64,000 nucleotides of DNA from a virus: positions 38,777 through 102,776 of the IMG/VR virus record IMGVR_UViG_3300018984_000002. One strand, given 5' to 3'. The number at the start of each line of letters is the position of its first letter. Positions within the stretch are counted from its first letter, which is position 1. A program made the position numbers and the translations under genes. The notes under the pieces were generated by a model. The model saw only the letters and a program-made list of their open reading frames with translations, was not told the DNA's origin and searched no databases. Below are positions 1-9,557 of the stretch, piece after piece.

Positions 1-88
1 TTAGTTGAAATATAACTGAGTCTTTTAATATTCCACAAGAGTCCGAAATAATAAGCATTACAATAGTATTAAACTGTTCTACTAAAAC

Positions 89-757
89 ATGAAATACACA
101 ACAATAGAACAATTAGCTGAAAAAGTAAGAGGACGATTATCTCTTATTGCGGGGCTTAATTCCAATACACCTTATCCAATAAATAATCCTACTACTCCGG
201 TATCGGCGTTATTACTACAAGATATTGCTAATGAGAAAGAGGCGTTTGTAGATATTGTTTTAAGTAATCTTTATGTTTTACCATTACGTAATACTCACAT
301 TATTATTACTGAAATAGTAGAAGCATTAATAGTAAGTGATTTAGTTAGTTTTAGTTATTGGGATAACACATCTACTATGCCAACTGATGTGACTCAAGGA
401 TTAAAGAATCACGCTTATATGTTGTTAGGTATGCTTACTGCGGGGCTTAATTTTCAAATACCTGGAGTAATGACTCAACCAGTTAGTCCTGGCATGATGC
501 CACCTAAACGTATTGAATTGATGGGTGAAATACCAGTTAGTGTGGCTCAAACTAAAGTGTTGGTAAATAATGAAACAATAGTTAGACAAAGTGTTCGTAG
601 CAAAGAAGTCACTGATTTTACTATTGATCCTAGATTTAATCGTGGTGTTGCTTTAGGAGCTAATGCCGATTATTATCATAACTACGATTCACAACTTACT
701 GACCCTAATCTAAGAGTAATTGGCGGCGAAGAAAACAGTTTAGATAAAAATGATTAA
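89..757 (+). CDS. putative head-tail adaptor / neck protein (Mu gp36/DUF1320-like)
   Basis: Y-T-x-E-x-L N-terminus and a VD-x-x-LSNLY-x-LPL segment resemble DUF1320 adaptors; first gene of a neck/tail-tube cluster. Confidence 0.5.
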   Translation: MKYTTIEQLAEKVRGRLSLIAGLNSNTPYPINNPTTPVSALLLQDIANEKEAFVDIVLSNLYVLPLRNTHIIITEIVEALIVSDLVSFSYWDNTSTMPTDVTQGLKNHAYMLLGMLTAGLNFQIPGVMTQPVSPGMMPPKRIELMGEIPVSVAQTKVLVNNETIVRQSVRSKEVTDFTIDPRFNRGVALGANADYYHNYDSQLTDPNLRVIGGEENSLDKND

Positions 758-761
758 ATAA

Positions 762-1466
762 ATGCATTATTTTATTTCGGACTTTGATACTAAGTTTGCT
801 AGAAAGCAAGGATCTAAAGATAAAATTAAACGTAAATCCAAGTTAGGAATAGGAATAGCAGCATTAGGTACAACCGCAATATTAGGAGGAGGAGCTTATT
901 TAGCTTTAAGAAATAAAAAGAAACCAACTTTACCTACTTCATCAATTGGTGTTCCTGTATCTAAACCTAAACCAATTAGATTAAGTGTTAAACAATATCC
1001 TAGAGTAACTACTAAAAAATTAAATAATAAAACAACATCTGAAATAGATAATTTAGTACAAGGAGGTTACAAACAAGTAAAAGCTGGTAGATTATTTAAC
1101 AGTGTTCAAAGGGGAATTCAAAGAAGTAAAGGTAGCAAAATAAGGCGACAGAAATCTAAGAAAATAAATTTTAGTTCAAGTCTTACTAACTTGGTATTAT
1201 TTGCCAGGAAACTAGGAAGTAAAGACAAACGCAAACGAAAAACTTATGCTGGTTTAAATCCTATTAGTATCGGAGGTGCAACTAGTTTATTAGGTTTAAC
1301 AGGAGGAATGCTGGTAGGTAATGATTTAGATAATATGGGAACTAAAATTAAAAATCCTATTGCTAAAAGTATGATAATTGGAGCTGGTCTTGCAGGAACG
1401 GCTGGTTATTTAAGTGCTAAGAACTTTAACAAGAAACTAGGTTTAACACCAAGAAGGGGATTATAA
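762..1466 (+). CDS. basic membrane-anchored virion-associated protein with two FARKxGSKDKxKRK repeats
   Basis: Repeats FARKQGSKDKIKRK and FARKLGSKDKRKRK, each followed by a Gly-rich hydrophobic segment; very Lys/Arg-rich. Confidence 0.55.
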   Translation: MHYFISDFDTKFARKQGSKDKIKRKSKLGIGIAALGTTAILGGGAYLALRNKKKPTLPTSSIGVPVSKPKPIRLSVKQYPRVTTKKLNNKTTSEIDNLVQGGYKQVKAGRLFNSVQRGIQRSKGSKIRRQKSKKINFSSSLTNLVLFARKLGSKDKRKRKTYAGLNPISIGGATSLLGLTGGMLVGNDLDNMGTKIKNPIAKSMIIGAGLAGTAGYLSAKNFNKKLGLTPRRGL

Positions 1467-1470
1467 ACAA

Positions 1471-1527
1471 ATGTACTATTTTATTTCGGACTACCGTGCA
1501 GTGGACTTTCAAGCTAATCTAATTTAA
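1471..1527 (+). CDS. 18-aa mini-ORF MYYFISDYRAVDFQANLI
   Basis: Fills the gap exactly (TAA at 1525-1527 abuts ATG 1528); its N-terminus mirrors MHYFISD of the upstream gene. Confidence 0.35.
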   Translation: MYYFISDYRAVDFQANLI

Positions 1528-2034
1528 ATGGATAACAACAACCGTTTACCTAATGAACCAAATATCTTTTTTGACGAACCTTGTCAGAAAATAGCAGTGT
1601 TTTTAAAAGAACGACTAAATGAGGCAGTAGTTCGTTCCAATACTAAACCTGCTATTTACGATTGTGCAAACAACGAAATTCCTATTACTGATAATTTTCA
1701 AATTGTTAATGGTATTCGTAGTTGGAAAGATCGTAGTGTACCTAACATGGAATACCCATTACTAAAAGTTTATCGTATTAGAGATAATTTTCAAAGTAAT
1801 AAAACAATGCGAGAAACAAGTGGAGTTATTAGTTATTCACTAATAATGCCTAATCAACTTGCATTAACACCTATTTTGCAATGGGTAAGTTACGAGATTA
1901 ATTACTACTTAATAGACAGTTATCAACGTATTGGTATTTTTATTAGTGAGACTGGACGTAGCGCTGAATATATTACAGAAGCGGGTAGTCCTAGTTTTGA
2001 ACACCTTAATTTTTATATTACTTTTAATAATTAA
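1528..2034 (+). CDS. putative tail terminator / neck protein
   Basis: 168 aa, PLLKVYR motif, lies between adaptor and tail tube; mostly a positional call. Confidence 0.4.
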   Translation: MDNNNRLPNEPNIFFDEPCQKIAVFLKERLNEAVVRSNTKPAIYDCANNEIPITDNFQIVNGIRSWKDRSVPNMEYPLLKVYRIRDNFQSNKTMRETSGVISYSLIMPNQLALTPILQWVSYEINYYLIDSYQRIGIFISETGRSAEYITEAGSPSFEHLNFYITFNN

Positions 2035-2073
2035 TAAATAGTATAATTAATTTAAATTCGGAAAATAACTACA

Positions 2074-2661
2074 ATGCCAATTTCTGCTAATATTAGCCGA
2101 CCTAAATTAGCAACTACTACAACTGTACCGATTACTTTAGACATTAAAGAAGCAACTCTTAGTGGAAATAAAGTAAATTTACCAGTTGTATTAACTGATT
2201 TAGGTGTCGATCCATTTACTATTACTGGCTGTACTATCACTAGCGGTACTGCAACTGTAAGTAAAGCAGTTGATGCATTTAAAAGTGTGCGACCTGGAGA
2301 TAGTGTAACTGGAACTGGTATCCCCGCGAATACCAAAGTTTTGAGTGTAACTGTCAATGGTTCTAGTATAGTTTTAACGGCAAATGCTAGTGAAACTGGA
2401 ACGCCCGATCTTACATTTACACAACCACCCGTAGATGCCACACTGTACATCTTGAGTATCGATCATATTGTTAATGGAAGTCAACTTAGGATTGTCCCTA
2501 GGTTATATCAATTTGATGGTACTCAAGTTAAAGATACTGGTAGTGGATCAGATGATGCAAGTATTACCAGTCCAAATGCTAATTTGGTAGACCTTAATGC
2601 ATCAACTTTGAATTTAGATGATTACTTGTCTAAAGCCCGTAAACCTCGTAGCAATAGTTAA
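2074..2661 (+). CDS. virion structural protein with beta-rich GxxVxGxGIPAxTxV segment
   Basis: Thr/Val/Ser-rich; PGDSVTGTGIPANTKVLSV...IVLTANAS resembles segments seen in phage tail/decoration proteins. Confidence 0.45.
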   Translation: MPISANISRPKLATTTTVPITLDIKEATLSGNKVNLPVVLTDLGVDPFTITGCTITSGTATVSKAVDAFKSVRPGDSVTGTGIPANTKVLSVTVNGSSIVLTANASETGTPDLTFTQPPVDATLYILSIDHIVNGSQLRIVPRLYQFDGTQVKDTGSGSDDASITSPNANLVDLNASTLNLDDYLSKARKPRSNS

Positions 2662-2683
2662 ATAAAAAGGAACTAAATCTGTT

Positions 2684-3487
2684 ATGGCAGTCGTATTTAA
2701 CGATATTAACCGGACATTTAAAGGCTTGGCGGATTTGCGACTACGCAGATTATCCGATGGTCTTATTTGGTGTCTTCCTACCCCGTCTACATTCGCTGTA
2801 GATAACGGTATTGAGCAGAAGGTACAAATGACACGTAACCAGCTTGGTGAGATGACACGGGCTGGTAGCTATGTATCTGGACGTACTCCTACTCTTCGAC
2901 TTAACTATGGCGCAATTCAACCTGAGTTATTGCAATTTCGTATTGGTAACTATTTTCAAACTAAAGCTAATACTGAGCTTAGTTTGTCAAAGGCTGTAGA
3001 CGTATTTCAAACAGAATATCCTGGAGCATTAAATGCTACTCAGCTAGGTTTTACTATTGTAGCTGATGTAGAAAGTCAAGCTAGCGTTGTTCAGGATAAT
3101 AAATCCGTTGAACTGACTCAAGCACCTTTTGCTGCTTTTGCACCTGCAACTCCTTTAACCTTTGCAGTTGGAGACGCTGGAGCTTTAAAGTTTAGTGATG
3201 ATCTCAAAGCAGCTAGTGCCCGTGTGTCTCTGCTAATTCCTTACACCATCAATACGTATGGGATTGGTAGTCAGATTGTTGGACCACACAGCATTTTTGC
3301 AACCATGATTACTAACGAAGGCGAGGTAGTTATTTTCCGTTGCAAGAAAGCAGTACCTAACTTTGATGGTAGTGGTTTTGATACTGGAGCAGAAACCATA
3401 GAAATTCCCTGGTTCGTCCAGGGAGTAGCTGGGGACTGTGGACCTGGGTACGATCTTGAGTACACGAATCTCAGAGTCAGTTGCTGA
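2684..3487 (+). CDS. putative major tail (tube) protein
   Basis: 267 aa, beta-rich, last gene of the neck cluster; no sheath gene recognised in the window. Confidence 0.55.
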   Translation: MAVVFNDINRTFKGLADLRLRRLSDGLIWCLPTPSTFAVDNGIEQKVQMTRNQLGEMTRAGSYVSGRTPTLRLNYGAIQPELLQFRIGNYFQTKANTELSLSKAVDVFQTEYPGALNATQLGFTIVADVESQASVVQDNKSVELTQAPFAAFAPATPLTFAVGDAGALKFSDDLKAASARVSLLIPYTINTYGIGSQIVGPHSIFATMITNEGEVVIFRCKKAVPNFDGSGFDTGAETIEIPWFVQGVAGDCGPGYDLEYTNLRVSC

Positions 3488-3581
3488 TAAGGATTTCAGC
3501 CTTTTAGTTTTCATAAAATAACCAGATTGCACAAATACGGGAAATCAGTTATAATAAGAGAGTAAGCCAAAACCTCTTATC

Positions 3582-4688
3582 ATGAAAGCTAAATACACGT
3601 CCGAAACAACAAAAGCAGAAATAGTAGCTAAGTACCAGTCAGGTGAAAGCCTTAAGGACTTAGCTTCTTTTTATGGTCTGACAGGAACAACTATAGTTAA
3701 ATATTTAAATGCAGCTAGTGTGCCTACACGAGAAATACGTAGTGGTAGCCGTGCAGAAAAAGCTAAACGTAATGAACAAATAAAAGCTGACTTTTTAGCT
3801 GGTTTAACTACTACAGAAATAATGGAAAAAAGAGGACTATCTCGTGATGTTGTAAATGACGTTACTCAAAAACTAAGGTCAGCCCAACAAAAAGAAAGAA
3901 ATGATAATATTATTGCTGACTTTCAGCAGGGAATGTCTATTAGTGCAATTAGTCGTAAATACAATATAGTTCATGTCGGAATCCGGTATATTCTTGATCA
4001 AAATAATATTGAACGTAAAAGATTTCCATATCTAACTATTAGCCACAACAAATTAATACAAGAAACCCCTGAATTAATGTATTGGATAGGCATGGCTTTA
4101 GCCGATGGCTCAATGCATTTTGAACATGAATCTTATCCACGATTTACTTTATCGCTCAAGAAAAGTGATGTAGAAATAATACAAAAGCTACGAGATTTTA
4201 TTGAAGCAGACCGTTGTACTATTAAGTTTGAGAAAGTATCTAACCATCAGATTATGGGAAAAGAAGTTAAACGAGAAGGACAAGCTATCTTATCTTTTAG
4301 TTCTCCTAATTTAAATGTGTGGGTAGACAAATACGGTGTTGTCCCTAACAAGACCTATAACTTTAAAACTCCAGAAATACCAGACGAATTATTTGGGCAC
4401 TGTTTAAGAGGCTGGATAGATGGAGATGGGCATATCAGTATCACTCCCAAAAATAATTGTTACACCGTAGGAATTACTGGCAACTTAGATGCTTTAAGCT
4501 GGTTAAAACAAAAGTTAGAATCCTTTAATTACCCAGGTACTATCTGTTATCGCAAACGCAATGAAATCTACGGTGTTATCTCAATGCAAGGAAAAGATAA
4601 TATAGGTTGGCTATACAACTTCTGTGACGCTAGTAACCCCCTAAGACTTGATCGTAAATGGTCTAAATTAGATACCTACTACAAATAA
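3582..4688 (+). CDS. free-standing LAGLIDADG homing endonuclease with N-terminal HTH repeats
   Basis: Two LAGLIDADG helices (YWIGMALADGSM, LRGWIDGDGHI); N-terminal HTH-like repeats (GESLKDLASFYG, GMSISAISRKYN). Confidence 0.85.
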   Translation: MKAKYTSETTKAEIVAKYQSGESLKDLASFYGLTGTTIVKYLNAASVPTREIRSGSRAEKAKRNEQIKADFLAGLTTTEIMEKRGLSRDVVNDVTQKLRSAQQKERNDNIIADFQQGMSISAISRKYNIVHVGIRYILDQNNIERKRFPYLTISHNKLIQETPELMYWIGMALADGSMHFEHESYPRFTLSLKKSDVEIIQKLRDFIEADRCTIKFEKVSNHQIMGKEVKREGQAILSFSSPNLNVWVDKYGVVPNKTYNFKTPEIPDELFGHCLRGWIDGDGHISITPKNNCYTVGITGNLDALSWLKQKLESFNYPGTICYRKRNEIYGVISMQGKDNIGWLYNFCDASNPLRLDRKWSKLDTYYK

Positions 4689-4706
4689 ACAAACACAAAT
4701 ATAATA

Positions 4707-4737
4707 CCCTTCTAGTTATTAGCTAGAAGGGCTTTTT
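4707..4737. terminator. intrinsic terminator between convergent genes
   Basis: CCCTTCTAG/CTAGAAGGG stem followed by a T run. Confidence 0.75.
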
Positions 4738-4745
4738 ATTATCTT

Positions 4746-5189
4746 TTATTCTTTACTTCCTACCACCTTAAACTCCATAACAGGCTTCATTGCTACTTCT
4801 ATTTCCAACAAATAACAATCGTTCATCCAGTCTACAGCTTCAGGTTCTCCATGTTTTCCACCACCATACCAATACGTCCAACCAATCCACTTATCAGACC
4901 TTGTAATCTGTTTAGCAACTTCTTTAGATTCGTAATAACGGTCACTATATCTTTCAAGTAACCCTGTGTCTATACCTGAATATCTGTAGTCCGAAATATA
5001 AGGGTCAAGTATATCTAACTCAACACACTTATCCCATAACTCTTCAATAAATTCAGCGGGTTTATTGCTGGGCATAAAGCTCATGTCGCTTAGTTTTAAA
5101 TACTCTTCATATATTTCTAAGTTGTCTATTAAATCATCTTCGTCAACTAACAACAGTATTTCGCGCTTTAAATAGTTAATTGGTTTCAT
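4746..5189 (-). CDS. conserved phage hypothetical protein
   Basis: WIGWTYWYGGGKHGEPE motif recalled from many phage proteins. Confidence 0.6.
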   Translation of the reverse strand: MKPINYLKREILLLVDEDDLIDNLEIYEEYLKLSDMSFMPSNKPAEFIEELWDKCVELDILDPYISDYRYSGIDTGLLERYSDRYYESKEVAKQITRSDKWIGWTYWYGGGKHGEPEAVDWMNDCYLLEIEVAMKPVMEFKVVGSKE

Positions 5190-5301
5190 ACTTTCCCTAA
5201 GTAATCTTATTATTTCGGACTCTTGTTACTATTTCTAACCCACTTAAAAACTAACTTTCTACTCAACACCAAAAATTGTCGACGCGATATGCCAGTAAAC
5301 G

Positions 5302-6936
5302 CTAATCTAGATTCCCAGACTTCCATCTCATAAACCTCTCATTTGATTGTGATAAACGTCGTAACAAACCTCTAGAAGGACGATAAGCTGGTTTAGTTCT
5401 ACTTACATATACTCCTAAATCACCTTTCTTGCCATAGAACTTACCTCCTTGTTGTTCCATGCTAGATATATTTTGAACAATACTATTTGGAGTGTTTCTT
5501 GCAGTTCTAACTGTTACTCTTGTTTTACTAATAGTACCTTTAGCAGCATACAAACCATCTTTAGGTTTCTTGGTAACTTCTTTAACTACTTTTTGACCAG
5601 TCTTTTTAAATAATTGTCTTCTGCCTAAAACATCATTACCACTATTTTCTAATTCATCAGAGTATCTAGTAAGTTGTTCGGCACGGCTTTTAATATCTTC
5701 TTTAACGTAGTGGATTTTTCCTAACAGTGGATTTACTTTGTTTAATGCTTGTATTTCGGTATTCTTTTTAGCTTCTTTTTTCGCGGCTTTAGTAAGGTTT
5801 TGTGCAGCTTCATTTTTAGGTACTATTTTTTTTAGTTCATTATCTATGTTTGTGCCTACTGTTTTCTTAGCTTTTTCAACAGCATCTTTGGCTACGCCGA
5901 CTTGTTTTTTAACTGCATTTCCGGCATTAGATATAGTGTCACTATTATTTTTAATAACTCGTCTAGCTGTTGATTCTGCTTTTTGTATAGTAGATGTAAC
6001 ATCTGGGAGTTCTGCATCTTTTAGAGTTTTAGGGATAAAAAGAGTTAATAAATCTCTTCTACTACCTTTAACTTTTTTTACTGTTGCAGCTTCAGCTTTA
6101 CTACGTATTTCCCCAACTTTTTTGGCAGCTTTAGCTATACGTGTTTCTAGACCTAAATCTTCAGCTTTAGCATTAGGTTTAGTACTATTAAAATTATCAA
6201 CAAAGCTATCTAAATTCTTTTTAACATTTACTGTAACTTTCTTTTTACTACCAACACCTACAGTTTTTTCTATATTAGAACTTACTTTCTTTGCTTTTCT
6301 AAGGGTACGGCGATAAAGCTGGCGCTGGGATTGTTGTTGCTTAATTAAACCTAAAGCACGTTGATTATCAGATATACTTCCAGTACCTTTAGATTGTGCT
6401 AATTCTAATACATTGTTGTCAGTAACTAATTTTTTGTCCCAAGCAGTCTTACCTTTGTGTACTACCCTTAGTCTTCCATGCCCCCTATTTACACCATTTA
6501 GTTGTTTACCTTCAAGTACAAGTCCTGGAGCTTCTACTTTGGTAGGGGTAGCTGGTACAGACGGAATATCTACCTTAGCTGGTGGTAATAATTTCTGAGG
6601 ACTGCTAGTACTAACTTTACTTGCTACTGGAGCAGATACTACTTTCTTAGTAACTGTATTGTCTAACCACGGGTCAGGTAGTTCTTTTACTTTATTTGGT
6701 GCATTAACTAATGCTTCTCTTACACTGACAGTAGGCTTTTTTTTAAACGGTAAACTAATACCTTTACTTTTTAATATTGCAGCTCCCCCAAGTAAAACAC
6801 CTGCACCCAGAGTACCTAAAACAGCTGTTTTTAATAATGTATTATTCTTTTTCTTTTCGCCTTTTCTACTAAAAGGATTAACTATTGTCACTCCTTTTTT
6901 AGTACGTCTTTTATATCCTTTAACTTGGATAGCCAT
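5302..6936 (-). CDS. 544-aa Lys-rich protein with N-terminal VKGYxR motif and one hydrophobic anchor
   Basis: MAIQVKGYKRRTKKG start, TM-like AVLGTLGAGVLLGGAAIL, LPDPW motif, long basic low-complexity body. Confidence 0.6.
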   Translation of the reverse strand: MAIQVKGYKRRTKKGVTIVNPFSRKGEKKKNNTLLKTAVLGTLGAGVLLGGAAILKSKGISLPFKKKPTVSVREALVNAPNKVKELPDPWLDNTVTKKVVSAPVASKVSTSSPQKLLPPAKVDIPSVPATPTKVEAPGLVLEGKQLNGVNRGHGRLRVVHKGKTAWDKKLVTDNNVLELAQSKGTGSISDNQRALGLIKQQQSQRQLYRRTLRKAKKVSSNIEKTVGVGSKKKVTVNVKKNLDSFVDNFNSTKPNAKAEDLGLETRIAKAAKKVGEIRSKAEAATVKKVKGSRRDLLTLFIPKTLKDAELPDVTSTIQKAESTARRVIKNNSDTISNAGNAVKKQVGVAKDAVEKAKKTVGTNIDNELKKIVPKNEAAQNLTKAAKKEAKKNTEIQALNKVNPLLGKIHYVKEDIKSRAEQLTRYSDELENSGNDVLGRRQLFKKTGQKVVKEVTKKPKDGLYAAKGTISKTRVTVRTARNTPNSIVQNISSMEQQGGKFYGKKGDLGVYVSRTKPAYRPSRGLLRRLSQSNERFMRWKSGNLD

Positions 6937-7031
6937 TAATTAGTATTATGTATAGTGCTTAACACTATTATATTAAACCGTAGCTTCAACTAAAAAACTA
7001 CGGTTTCTTTTACAATAACTATCTCTAACTG

Positions 7032-7307
7032 CTAAGCAACTATTTCGCAATTACCATCGTGTAATAAGCACATAGCATGATTTAAATACTTAATATCATA
7101 AGCACTGTTCCAATCTGTTTCTATATCTAATGCCCAATTATCAATTCTAGTATCATAATAAACTTTGTAAATATCTTCAGTTTTATCAAAAACCCAACCA
7201 TTAGGTAAACTGCCAAAACTATCGTCAGTAGTCATACCTTGTAAACCTACATAATCCCCTTCTTTAATTTCATTGTTATTACAATCAAATAATCCTGTTA
7301 ATTTCAT
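7032..7307 (-). CDS. YopX-like protein
   Basis: TGLFDCNNNEIKEGD matches the YopX TGLxDxNGxEIYEGD motif. Confidence 0.55.
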   Translation of the reverse strand: MKLTGLFDCNNNEIKEGDYVGLQGMTTDDSFGSLPNGWVFDKTEDIYKVYYDTRIDNWALDIETDWNSAYDIKYLNHAMCLLHDGNCEIVA

Positions 7308-7934
7308 TTATTTAAACACATCCTTCCAAATAACTTTTAAACGATTATCACATCTTTTTAAATATTCCCATTGTTTCTTTAAATGCAAAGCATCTGATAA
7401 TGCATCGTGATTACCAGTTAATTGTTTAGGTAAAGCTGGATTTCCACATTGAGCAGACCATTGTTGTAAGTCATTAATGTACATTGGAAACCCTTCTGGT
7501 AAGTCAATCATTTTTCCAAATAACTGACAAAGTACAACCCAATCGTAAGCTCCATAATCTGCCCAAAATTCAGGCTTTGGTTTACCGGGCTTTAAACAAT
7601 AACTAACTTTAGGTTTTAATAGTCCGAAACTAAATAGCAATTCCTCCCAAAACCGTAACCACATATTATTTCGGAAAATATATTCTACAACCTTTTCACA
7701 ACCACAGAATATAGCAACTTCATCTCGAATAGTTTCTTTGTTCTTCCATAAATTACTATCGCGGCTTGGTAACTGATTTAATACATTATCTTTTACCCAC
7801 TGATTAGCTTTACTAAAATTACAATCACGGTTAATAGCGTAATAAGTACGATTGTCTTCGGTGATTAAAGCAATGCTTATAAGATCTACGGTAGAGCCAT
7901 TTTCTACAAATTCTGAGTCTAAAAATATCTTCAT
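7308..7934 (-). CDS. DEDDh 3'-5' exoribonuclease (Rv2179c-like)
   Basis: IFLDSEF, DLISIAL, YGAYDW and HDALSDA motifs. Confidence 0.8.
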   Translation of the reverse strand: MKIFLDSEFVENGSTVDLISIALITEDNRTYYAINRDCNFSKANQWVKDNVLNQLPSRDSNLWKNKETIRDEVAIFCGCEKVVEYIFRNNMWLRFWEELLFSFGLLKPKVSYCLKPGKPKPEFWADYGAYDWVVLCQLFGKMIDLPEGFPMYINDLQQWSAQCGNPALPKQLTGNHDALSDALHLKKQWEYLKRCDNRLKVIWKDVFK

Positions 7935-7945
7935 TGTTGTAGTTC

Positions 7946-8842
7946 CTATTTTTTATTTTTATATCGTTTTACCCAAGCAATCAAATTATGCAAATAGCTT
8001 TCAGGTTCTGTTGCTTGAATTAATGTGGCTATTTCCCTCTCAGATTTATTTACATTTTCTTCGTAAATTTTAATTCGATTAGCTTTGGTATCTGTCTCAT
8101 TAGTATTTGAATCTAAAATAAATTCTGCACTTGCATCTGTTAATTTAAACTTGTAAACTGTCTCATCTAACTCAGTAATATTATTTTTAATTTGATAAAG
8201 TCTTTTAATTTTCTCAGAACCTTTCTCTTTGTCTATAGCCCAAATCAGTTCCATGTATTGTTGACAAGAAGAATGCCCTCTCATATTCTCAGTTGTAATT
8301 CTTCCTGTTATTTCGGACTTATTTAAAAAGTGTGTTATTACAATTGCTTTATTATATTTCTGAGCCAAACTTCCCAACCATTTTATAGACTCACTAGCTG
8401 CAATACTGTTTTCGTCTATACCTCCGTTAAAGCCAGCTAGACTATCTACAATGACCATTAAAGTATTTTCATCTTGAATCTCTTCTTCGATTGATTCTTT
8501 ATCACGTTTATCAAAGTAAGAGATATTGGAACACAAACTTTCAGCTGGTACATAATATCTTTCTAAATTACCACCAGCCAGCTCTACTCTTTCACAAAAT
8601 GAAAAAGCTCTGTTCTCGGTGTCTATAACCATTACATCCTTGTCATCAAAAATAGGATAATCATCTTTAGGTAAAAAACGTTGTCCATTCGTAATTGATA
8701 AACTTGCTAACAGAACAGAAAAACTTTTACCTACTCCACCATTTCCTACTAGAGCAGATACTTTTCCTACCGGAAACATACCTCCAACGTATATAGGTTG
8801 CACGACCTCATAACCCACGAATGTTCTCATGACAGTCTTCAT
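7946..8842 (-). CDS. AAA_25 / RepA-like RecA-fold ATPase
   Basis: Walker A GNGGVGKS, Walker B VIVDS, ITHFLNK and RGHSS motifs. Confidence 0.8.
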   Translation of the reverse strand: MKTVMRTFVGYEVVQPIYVGGMFPVGKVSALVGNGGVGKSFSVLLASLSITNGQRFLPKDDYPIFDDKDVMVIDTENRAFSFCERVELAGGNLERYYVPAESLCSNISYFDKRDKESIEEEIQDENTLMVIVDSLAGFNGGIDENSIAASESIKWLGSLAQKYNKAIVITHFLNKSEITGRITTENMRGHSSCQQYMELIWAIDKEKGSEKIKRLYQIKNNITELDETVYKFKLTDASAEFILDSNTNETDTKANRIKIYEENVNKSEREIATLIQATEPESYLHNLIAWVKRYKNKK

Positions 8843-9034
8843 AATTAAATAATGATTTTATAGGGTATTAAATACATACTTATTTATTTGTAATTATAAC
8901 ATAATGAATAATTAGGGGGTACGCTGATTTGTAATTTATTTTTAATATGATGCTAAGAGCAAATATATAATTATTCAACAAAACACCCTCTCAACCAATA
9001 AGCCAAGAGGGTAAGAGTCCGAAAATATAGTACT

Positions 9035-9550
9035 CTATTCTATTACTTCATTTTCAGGATGATAAGGGTTTTCTTTGTGGTCATACAATGTGCCTTCTTG
9101 CTTACGGCGTTCTAGTCTTTGATTCATTAAATCAATTACCTTCTTGAGTCTTTCTATCTTTAACTCTCGTTTACCAGCAATTACTAGTCCTAACTCATAA
9201 ATAGCTAACTCATTTTCTTTGCATGGAAAACATTCATGCTTGTGTATAAATTCATCCAAACAAGCCCGTAAAATATCATCTGGTTTAGCTTGCAGATTAG
9301 TTGCTCCTACACCAGTGTCCCAAGCAATTGTGTATCCAATACCAGTAGACACACTACAAAAGAATCCAAGCTTTAGTTTATCTAAACAGCTTTCTAGTAC
9401 CTCAATTAAAAATGCACCATTACGTGATTGTTTTAGCAGCGAACCTCTTTGCCAAGCTATAGTAAATCCTGTCCCATAGCTTTGTCCACCATCGGGCTTA
9501 CCTTCAGAGGTGGTAAAATGGTGGGCAGTATATCCTTTTTGAGTTGTCAT
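9035..9550 (-). CDS. Tad1-like candidate immune-signal sponge with internal duplication
   Basis: KPDGG, TIAWQRG, NGAFLIEVLESCLDKL, FPCKENELAI and MNQRLERR align by eye with recalled Tad1 motifs PGGA, TIKFQKG, HGVIDSDLLEIVRDRL, FSSRENACAL, MNRRVEDR. Confidence 0.65.
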   Translation of the reverse strand: MTTQKGYTAHHFTTSEGKPDGGQSYGTGFTIAWQRGSLLKQSRNGAFLIEVLESCLDKLKLGFFCSVSTGIGYTIAWDTGVGATNLQAKPDDILRACLDEFIHKHECFPCKENELAIYELGLVIAGKRELKIERLKKVIDLMNQRLERRKQEGTLYDHKENPYHPENEVIE

Positions 9551-9557
9551 AAAACTA

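Noticed and set aside
2052-3532. - strand ORFs 2052-2450, 3233-3532 and 3271-3465
   Set aside because: Antisense to structural genes with no supporting features.
5738-6943. + strand ORFs 5738-6316, 6413-6598 and 6659-6943
   Set aside because: Phe/Leu-rich antisense shadows of the Lys-rich 544-aa gene.
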